A DNA stretch of 63,999 nt, the filler included, from Reclinomonas americana ATCC 50394 (taxonomy: Eukaryota), in NCBI GenBank assembly GCA_048213135.1. It is 8 parts of 4 records of this genome, joined end to end, with 100 filler letters (N's around TTAATTAATTAA, not from the genome) between each part and the next. Parts side by side here need not be neighbours in the genome. Positions count along the whole stretch, not along the records: positions 51,982 to 57,487 come from PS015614.1; positions 57,588 to 60,404 come from AFZH01014414.1; positions 60,505 to 63,999 come from PS015616.1; 5 more parts are not named here. One strand, given 5' to 3'. The number at the start of each line of letters is the position of its first letter. Position 1 is the first letter of the stretch. The position numbers and the translations under genes are program-made. This document shows positions 54,647 to 63,999 of this stretch, in pieces. A model generated the notes under the pieces. It ran no database searches, was not told where the DNA came from, and saw only the letters and a list, made by a program, of their open reading frames with translations.

Positions 54647-55925
54647 AGAGGAACGGGGAGAGCGCCTTCTTCGCGTTTGCTCCGTTACAGTCTCCGAGTC
54701 TCTTCGTCGTTTCACTCTCTTTCTCTCTCTTTGATGCGATTGACAGCTTTAGATGCACACTGATGAGTTTCAGATAGACAGCACGGAGAGGAGCGCGGAG
54801 AGCATCTTCTTCATGCATTCTCTTCGCGTCTTGCTCCGTCACTGTCGCTCTCCCAGTCTCTTTGTCGTTTTACTCCTTCTTTGACGCGATACACAGCGAT
54901 CCATGCGCACGCTTGAGCTGAAGACGGATAGCATGGAGCATACAGAGAGAGAGAGCATCAACTTCATGAATTCCCTTCTCTCCATGTCTCTTCGTTGTTC
55001 CCCTCGCTCTCTACCTTACTTTCACTCCATGTCTCTCTCTTCCCTCCCTCTCGTGATCGCTTGGCCTTGTGCGCATCTTTCTTACTCACTCTCTGTCCCT
55101 CAGACAACTCGTGATCACTGGGCTTTTATGGTTTTGTGCGTTCTCTCTCCTTCCTCCGACACTCACTCGGTCAACACTGCCAGTGATCTTTGCTGTCACC
55201 GTCTCTTCTCTGTTCCTGTCTTCTCTCTCAGTCACCGCTCCCCTCCTCTCTCTCTCTCTCTNNNNNNNNNNNNNNNNNNNNNNNNNNNNNNNNNNNNNNN
55301 NNNNNNNNNNNNNNNNNNNNNNNNNNNNNNNNNNNNNNNNNNNNNNNNNNNNNNNNNNNNNNNNNNNNNNNNNNNNNNNNNNNNNNNNNNNNNNNNNNNN
55401 NNNNNNNNNNNNNNNNNNNNNNNNNNNNNNNNNNNNNNNNNNNNNNNNNNNNNNNNNNNNNNNNNNNNNNNNNNNNNNNNNNNNNNNNNNNNNNNNNNNN
55501 NNNNNNNNNNNNNNNNNNNNNNNNNNNNNNNNNNNNNNNNNNNNNNNNNNNNNNNNNNNNNNNNNNNNNNNNNNNNNNNNNNNNNNNNNNNNNNNNNNNN
55601 NNNNNNNNNNNNNNNNNNNNNNNNNNNNNNNNNNNNNNNNNNNNNNNNNNNNNNNNNNNNNNNNNNNNNNNNNNNNNNNNNNNNNNNNNNNNNNNNNNNN
55701 NNNNNNNNNNNNNNNNNNNNNNNNNNNNNNNNNNNNNNNNNNNNNNNNNNNNNNNNNNNNNNNNNNNNNNNNNNNNNNNNNNNNNNNNNNNNNNNNNNNN
55801 NNNNNNNNNNNNNNNNNNNNNNNNNNNNNNNNNNNNNNNNNNNNNNNNNNNNNNNNNNNNNNNNNNNNNNNNNNNNNNNNNNNNNNNNNNNNNTCTCTCT
55901 CCTCCTCTCCTCCTCTCCTCCTCTC

Positions 55926-55993
<68 letters not shown>

Positions 55994-57487
55994 CGTCTCC
56001 CTCATTCGCATCTTTCTTACTCTCTCTCCCCCCTCCTTTGTCTTCCGTTCCCTTTGCAGTTCACGCACAAGACGAGGGAAACGCGTTCGCATCGTAGAGG
56101 ACGACGACGCCGACGCCGACGCCGACGCAGACGACGATGCTCTCGCACCTCCGCGCAAGAGACCTTCTGCCGTGCAAGTGGCGGTTCTGTCGCCCGACAG
56201 CAGTCGCGCCAAGCTGTGCGATGTCGATCGACTGCTGCGTGAGCAGCTCGGCAAGCCGTTTGCGGAGTCGGGCAAGGCGGCGGCGATGCTGGCCATGTCG
56301 AGTGACAACTCGGTGCCGCGCTTCAGCAAGTACAGCGGGGTGGTGGAGTGGAAGAATGGTGAGTGGTGGGGAGAAGGGGGAAGGGGAAGAAAGGGGAAAG
56401 GGCTAATGGGATTTCATTCTGTTCTCAGCGTTGCATTCGCTTCCTCGCTTGCCGCTGCATTGCTCTCTACTCCTCAATCGTTGCGTTGCGTCCGCTTCCT
56501 CGATCGCTGCTGCGTTGCATTCTCTTCCTCGCTTGCCGCTGCATTGCATCCGCTTTCCTCGCTCGTCGCTACGTTGCATTCGCTTTCCTCGCTTGCCGCT
56601 GCGTTGCATTCGCTTTCGTCGCTTTGTCGCTGCGTTGCATTCGCTTTCCTCGCTTTGTCGCTGCGTTGCATTCGCTTCCTCGCTTACCTCTGCATTGCAT
56701 CCGCTTTCATCGCTTGCCGCTGCGTTGCATTCGCTTTCGTCGCTTGCCGCTGCGTTGCATCCGCTTCCTCGCTTGCCTCTGCGTTGCATCCGCTTCCTCG
56801 CTTACCTCTGCATTGCATCCGCTTTCATCGCTTGCCGCTGCGTTGCATTCGCTTCCTCGCTTGCCTCTGCGTTGCATCCGCTTCCTCGCTTGCCTCTGCG
56901 TTGCATCCGCTTCCTCGCTTACCTCTGCATTGCATTCGCTTCCTCGATCGCCGCTGCGTTGCATTCGTTTCCTCGCTTGGCGCTGCGTTGCATTCGCTTC
57001 ATCGCTTGCCGCTGCGTTGCATCCGCTTTCCTCTCCCGCCCCTTCCTTGCCTTCCCCGCGCTCCTTCCTTACCTTTCCCGCGCTCCTTCCTTGCCTTCTC
57101 TTCTCTCCTTGCCTTCTCCTCCCCCCCCTTTCTATCCTTCCCGTCGCCCTTTCCTTAATCTCCCCCATTCTAGCGGTGGTCCTGTGGGTCAACATCGGCG
57201 GTCGCGACTACGACAACACCTTCCTACACAACGGCCACCAACTGACCTGGTTCGGCGGCTCCCGTCTCACCAGCGACAGCGCCCTCGCCCACCGCCTCCT
57301 CCACGCCACCGACCCCATCCTCCTCTGCGTCCGCCAACCCGTCCCCAACTCGCCCTCCACCATGCAGCCGTACGTGTTCTGCGGCCGCGTCACCGCACAC
57401 TCCAGCAACACCGAGCGCATGCCCATTCGCATCACCTGGTCGCTGGTCGACATCGACGCACTGTTGTCGTCTTCGTCGGATTTCCTT
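53503..57487 (+). CDS. Protein with an N-terminal YExxRxxNIxRNxxxLxxLG helix and a C-terminal DUF3427/PUA-like domain (partial)
   Basis: Phase-compatible exons 53503-53812, 56060-56358 and 57174-57487: YEAYRARNIERNRAILAQLGL, PVRRSLRNAGK, FSKYSGVVEWKNAVVLWVN, YDNTF..LTWFGG, ILLCVR, PYVFCGRV, PIRITWSL. Confidence 0.7.
56428..57030. repeat. About 29-30 bp intronic minisatellite, ~20 copies
   Basis: GC(G/A)TTGCAT(T/C)CGCTT(T)CCTCGCTTGCCGCT repeated. Confidence 0.95.
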
Positions 57488-57587
57488 NNNNNNNNNNNNN
57501 NNNNNNNNNNNNNNNNNNNNNNNNNNNNNNNTTAATTAATTAANNNNNNNNNNNNNNNNNNNNNNNNNNNNNNNNNNNNNNNNNNNN

Positions 57588-57690
57588 TTGCTCCTCCAGT
57601 GTCGCTTGCTCCTCCAGTGTCGCTTGCTCCTCCAGTGTCGCTTGCTTCCTCCTGTGTCGCTTGCTCCTCCTGTGTTACTTGCTCCTCCTT
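57588..57690. repeat. About 18-bp tandem repeat TTGCTCCTCCAGTGTCGC
   Basis: Direct reading. Confidence 0.85.
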
Positions 57691-57813
57691 CTCCTCCTTT
57701 TGCTCCTTCTGCGTCCCATTTTCCTTCCCTGTTCCCTCTCCCTTTGCCCCTTTCCCTTCCCCCTTTGCCTTCCCCTTTCCCCTGTTTGCCCATCACCCTT
57801 CCCCTGCACGCAG

Positions 57814-58386
57814 ATCCTCATCCTCGGCATCGCCTGCGTGGTGCTCCTCTTCGCCCTGCAAATCATGATCATTGTCATGCTGGTGAAAATGCGCCACCAC
57901 ATCCAGTGGATTGTGTTTGTTGCGTGTCGTCTCTCTTTCTCTTTCCGTCCCGTGTCGCTGACCGCACTCTGTCTACTTCCCGCCAGGTAACAAGCTGGGG
58001 CATTACGCGTTGCGTCCGCCTTCTGTCTGCTCAATCTCCCGTACCTTCCCTTACGCTGAAGCACAGTGCTGACCATGGCCACTGGCATCTACACATCTGG
58101 CCAGCTCAATCGACAGTCGGCGTGCCTCGACGCACCGGTCATTGCGTGGGGCTGGTGCTACTACTTGTGGTGGTACGCACGCACATGCCGTCGCATCTCT
58201 CGTCGGCCCCACTCACTGCACACTCCCAGGGTCGGCGCCTTTGGCGTTCTCCTGGTGGCCAACGTCGTCTTCATCCTGGTCTTCTGCACCAAGTGGAGTG
58301 AGCAAGCGAAGCTGCCGAGCAGGGCACCAGAGGAGGTCGAGCTGCTGGCTGTCACTCCGCAGTCACCAGAGGGAGAGCAGCCGTGA
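57814..58386 (+). CDS. C-terminal part of a small multi-TM protein, possibly claudin/PMP22-like
   Basis: Four spliced exons give three hydrophobic helices, with WGWCYYLWWVG before the last one. Confidence 0.55.
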
Positions 58387-58854
58387 TGCGAAAAAGCAGA
58401 GAACGGCTTGTGCGTGTGAGCAAGTGCTGGCGCGGCGGCGACTGGCTGTTGGCTTGTGCTGGTCGAATGAGACGCGGGATTCTCGGGTGGTGGAATGCAC
58501 CCTGAGAAGAAAAGCGCTCGTTGTGAGAACAAGTGAATCGACCTGACAGACATCTCTGTCGATCGTGGCAGCGTGCGCTCACTTCTTGGAGTGCTCATCT
58601 CGCGTGCGTGTTGTACATTGTACGGATAATCGGTGTCACTTCGCTCTGCTTCCTCCGCCGTCTTCCTCTTCACCCTTTTCTGAACTCAACCTTACCAATG
58701 CATTGTGAGCATCCAACATGCGAATGTGGGTCGTCTTTCGCGTCGACGGAACAGAAGTGCGTGACTTGTGCGAAGGTGTGTTAGTTGTCTCGGAATATAT
58801 TTGCAGAGGACATCTGACAACTCTTCGTTTCGGTCCCTCCTTCCAGTCAACGCC

Positions 58855-60025
58855 ATGCTCGCCAGCAAGTGCCTGCGTGGACACACTCACTGGGTGTGGT
58901 CTGTCGCCGTCACCCCCGATGGCCTGCACATTGTGAGTGGCGGCTATGACCGAACAGTGCGCGTGTGGTCACTGGCGAGTGGCGAAGAAGTGCGACGATT
59001 GGAAGGGCATGACGACGCCGTGCAGGCTGTCACCGTCACTCCCAATGGCCTGCACGTCGTGAACTCGCGGAGGGCAAAGGTCACACGACACGCACCCTGA
59101 TGTGATATCATCGATATCCTGGTGACCAACTTCCGACGTCCTCAACCCTCTCTGGCACTCACCTGTGCATGCCCACGCAAGTGGCAGTCGCGACAAGACA
59201 GTGCGAGTGTGGTCACTGGCGAACGGTGCGGAGATGCGGCGACATGAGGAGCGCGGTACATCCACGTGTGTTGCCGTCACTCCCGACTCGCAGCTCGTTG
59301 TCAGCGGGAGTTACGACAATACACTGTGGATGTGGTCACTGGCAAGTGGCGAGGTGGTCCGGCAGTTTCTCGGGCACAATCAACCACCTAAAGCAGTCGC
59401 TGTCACTGCCGACGGCGTCCACGTTGTCAGCGGTCACTGGGACAACATGGTGCACGTGTGGTCGCTGGCGAGCGGCGAGGAGATGCGGCGATTGGAGGGA
59501 CACACCAGACCGGTGTCGTGTATTGCCGTCACTCCCCATTACATCATCAGCGGCAGCGACGACTCAACAATCCGAGGGTGGTCGCTGGTGTATGGAGAGC
59601 AGGTTCGATGGCTGGAGGGGCACACGGGCATGCTGTTCGGAGTTGCCGTCACCGCCGACGGTCGGCATGTTATCAGTGGGGCCGATGATAGAACGGTGCG
59701 CGTCTGGTCGCTGGCGAGCGGGGAGGAGGTGCACCGGTTGAGAGGCCTTGATCAACTGAGGAGAGCAGACGCGGTCGCCGTCACTCGCGATGGCCAGCAC
59801 ATTGTCAGTGGCCATCGGGATCACACTGTGCGCGTGTGGAGCACGCCGTGCGGTCTCGCTCGACAGGAGCTGGACGCTGCACGCTTGGCTGCGCGTGCAG
59901 TGCAGGAGATGCAGCGAGAGGAGGATCCGCGTTGCCTGACCGAGATGGTTCTGCGGTGTTTCATTGTCGAGGAGGCGGAGGTGGTGGTATATCGTTGCTC
60001 CACTGATCCCGAGATGTATTTGTGA
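58855..60025 (+). CDS. WD40-repeat protein (~7 similar repeats) interrupted by a 118-bp frame-breaking segment; possible pseudogene
   Basis: GH..V.SVAVTPDG.HIVSG..D.TVRVWSLASGEE repeats; interruption at 59063-59180. Confidence 0.82.
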
Positions 60026-60206
60026 GGAATTCTTTGTTTGTCGTCGTTTTTCGCAGTGCGTGTTGCCAATGAATCGACTTTTTGATTGCCACAGACAAAC
60101 AGACAACGCAAGGTTCCCCGTTTCCTTAAGAGCATCCAGGAGTCAAACTTCGCATGCATGTCCCGTTTCAAGAAGGACACCACCGCTTCCCTCGTCCCCC
60201 CATCGC

Positions 60207-60404
60207 ATGTCGCGCACTCCTCCTGTCTTCCTCTGCAAGTGCCTGCTCGGACATACGCATAACGTACTGTCTGTCGCCATCACCCCCGATGGTCAATGCA
60301 TTGTGAGTGGTGGCAATGACACGACTGTTCGCGTGTGGTCTCTCGCGAGTGGCGATGAAGTGCGACGATTGGAAGGGCACGACGACTCCGTGCAGTCTGT
60401 CACC
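60207..60404 (+). CDS. Tandem paralogous WD40 gene, 5' part
   Basis: KCLLGHTHNVLSVAITPDGQCIVSGGNDTTVRVWSLASGDEVRRLEGHDD is near-identical to the upstream gene; truncated by the linker. Confidence 0.8.
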
Positions 60405-60603
60405 NNNNNNNNNNNNNNNNNNNNNNNNNNNNNNNNNNNNNNNNNNNNTTAATTAATTAANNNNNNNNNNNNNNNNNNNNNNNNNNNNNNNNNNNNNNNN
60501 NNNNATCGTCTTCCCCCATCGTCTTCCCCCCATCGTCTTGCCCCATCGCCTTCCCCCTTCGCCGTTCCCTCCAACTAACCCCTTCCCCCCCTCCCACACG
60601 CAG

Positions 60604-62017
60604 GAGGAGTACGACCGCTTCATGAGCCTTCTTGGCGTCGACGTCGACGCGGCCTCCACTCAGCTGAAGGAGATGTGGGAGCAGTCGGATGTGGACCAAG
60701 GTGAGCTCATCGTCGCCCGCTCAGCCCGCCCTGCACCGCTGACTGACAACTTTCGTCTGCAGACGGACGACTGAAGTTCTCCGAGTTCATGCGTCTCGTC
60801 GACGTGCTCTTCACGCCAGAGGACATTGCGTTTGTGCGTTGTCACTGCGCCGGCGACTCTCTCTCTCTCTCCTTCGTTTCTCACACTCTCTCGTGCAACA
60901 GGTCGCCAAGGTGCACTTGTATTTCGCGGCCTACGACTCGGAGCGCACTGGCCAGGTCTCCGAAGAGCAGATCCGTCGCGTGTACAAGTCGCTGCAGGGC
61001 GAGGACATGCCCGACTATCTGTTGGAGAAGGTGAGCTGTGCTGGTTATCTCTTCTTGGTTTCCGCTCCGGCTCACTTCCTTGCCAGTTCATGGAAGCCGT
61101 GGACATTGACGCACACGGCTACGTGAGGTGGTCAGAGTTCTTGGCTGCCGCCCTCCGCAACCCGGAGGCGTACACTGTTTCGTTTCTCTTCTTGACCCAT
61201 CTCTTTCTTGTCATCCTTTGCTCACCCTTCCTCCCTTTTCCACGGCAGCGCTACCACTCCAATCCCCGCAACGAGGAGGAACTGCGCCTGCTATTCCACC
61301 TGATGGACGAGAACGGCGACGGCCTGATCGAGTACTCGGAGTGCGAGCGCTTCTTCCAGCGCATTGGTGTGACATTCACCCCGCACCTGCTGGCCGCCTT
61401 TGTGAAGCAATTGGATGTGGAAGGCAACGGGGGCTTGAACTTTTTGGAGTTCTTGAACATGGCGCGCATAATTTTCGACGTCAATGACGTTGCGTGGTGG
61501 GAGGGAAGAAAGGGAGGAAGGGTCTCCTGCCAGCTTGTTGCTGAAATAGTGCGTACAGTTGTCCATGGTCGCGCTGTTGCACACGCAATTCAGCGCTGCG
61601 CCGGGCCTCAGCAGTGGCGGCACCGAGCAGCAGCTATTGCCGCTGGAGACCGTGGCCACTGTCCTCACGCACTTCCGGCACCCGCGGTCCTGCTCGACGG
61701 CACTGATCGAGCAGTTCACCGCCGAACTCGTCTCCAAGGGACGCGTGCTGCACAACGCCGACGGCATCGATTGCGTCGATTGGAAGTCGTTTTTGGAGCA
61801 GGTGCGTGCAAGAACGGGGGAGGAGGCGAGGAGGGAGAAGGGAGTTGTACTCATGTTCATTTCACTACGCAGTCGATGGTCTTGTTGCCGGAATTCCAGG
61901 TGTGTTGTCTGTTGTGCTTTTTTGTACGTAGTTCTATGCGTGGCTCATGTTTGGCGATTGTAGAGGAAACGCGGCTTCAATCCAATTATCAAGACGCCGA
62001 CCAGTGGAATGCGCTGA
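60604..62017 (+). CDS. Multi-EF-hand calcium-binding protein (5' end missing)
   Basis: Loops DVDQDGRLKFSEF, DSERTGQVSEEQ, DIDAHGYVRWSEF, DENGDGLIEYSE and DVEGNGGLNFLEF; spliced stop at 62015-62017. Confidence 0.88.
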
Positions 62018-62144
62018 AAAAATGTCTGGGTGCGAAAATGAAGGTGGTTGTGGGTTAGAAGGTCAATGAGGGGAGGATTGAGGCGACGGTGTGCTGTACA
62101 ACAATGTCGCTAGCAACAACATTGCTGGGTTTATGTGCAAGCGA

Positions 62145-62977
<833 letters not shown>

Positions 62978-63999
62978 ACATAACATCGGTGGCATGCTCA
63001 GAGACGAACGCTGGCCCTTCTCCAACTCCAGCTCGTACTCTTCGCGCCACTGCACATGTACAGGATGGTAACAAAGAGGAAGGGATGTGCAGAGTGTTAA
63101 CACAGCAGCGCCTGGGAGATCGAGCTTGTGCGACGTGGGATCTGACCGCGCACCTCGAACGAGCGAGAGAGAACGCGACGACAGAGGTATGAGATGCGGA
63201 CGAAATACCTGCATATTCGGAAGGAGACTGAACCAGCTTTACCAAGGGAGAATGCACTTCTCTCGCATCAACGAAGGAGAGAAGCGAGTGTAAGACGACG
63301 AGACAAATCGATCGCGATATCGATATCAGTTTCTCACAACAACAACAATTCATTCACCATGAAACGTGCAACAGTTGTCTTGATGACTGAGTCGGTCCAA
63401 CCATATCCACAACCAAAAAACACAAGTCTTGCGGATCCGGACTGCGCGCGCGTGGAAGGGTTTCTCGAGCTCGTGTTCGAAATGACAGGTTCGCCTGCCG
63501 CCATCCAGTCATTTCTCACTCTTACTTTCCCTACACGTCAACTCGAGCATTAGCTTTTCTCTTCACTGCTTCCGACATGCAAGTGCATCGCTGTTTCTCA
63601 CCAGGACAGATCCAATGCGAATGACGTCACGTTCGTGCACGCGAGCATTCGCGCCGAAACACAGCACAAACCTCCTTTGCTTTCTCGCGTGTGTGTGTGC
63701 GCGCTTGTGCATGGATACATTGCCGACATCATCAGCGTCCTCCACTGCCTCCAACACACGCAGAAGTGAGTGAGTGAGTGAGTGAGTGTGAGAGAGTTGT
63801 CTAGTGTGACATTATGCGTGTGTGTGTGTGCACAGGTTCTCGTCGACGCCATCGCTCAGCAGTCTCACAGTCAAGCTCACTCATGTTGCGTGAGAGAGAG
63901 TGAGAATGAGAGAGAGAGAGAGTGAGAATGAGAGAGAGAGTGAAGAAAAATGTGACAAGAAGTTCTCGCACTCATACACGCACTGAGAGAGAAAGAGGC

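Overview
This is a draft nuclear-genome scaffold of an intron-rich, flagellated microbial eukaryote. It has short ~55-80 nt spliceosomal introns, GA/CA microsatellites and an IFT dynein. It contains many N gaps and seven artificial 44N-TTAATTAATTAA-44N linkers. Genes reconstructed by eye: a large Cys-paired repeat surface protein, a UPF1-like helicase, a pectin-acetylesterase/Notum-like hydrolase, an APC permease, two divergent degenerate Amt ammonium transporters, the DYNC2H1 C-terminus, a SUEL-lectin-like secreted protein, two tandem ankyrin genes with a C-terminal F-box-like motif, a secreted beta-propeller, a zinc-finger dual-specificity phosphatase, an I29 prodomain, a NYN-like fragment, a TPR-coiled-coil-kinase, an NmrA-like protein, a putative HELLS-binding-helix plus DUF3427-like protein, a claudin-like protein, WD40 genes and an EF-hand protein. 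Three observations stand out. (1) There appears to be a two-class 5' splice-site code: exons ending in G mostly use GTGCGT/GTGAGT, whereas exons ending in A/C/T use +1-shifted GTTGCG/GTTGAG/GTTGTG donors. (2) A tandem array of promoter plus N-terminal-exon copies lies upstream of the permease, and their coding parts differ only by synonymous changes and whole-codon indels. (3) There is a candidate chromatin adaptor. All family assignments come from motif recognition, not database searches.
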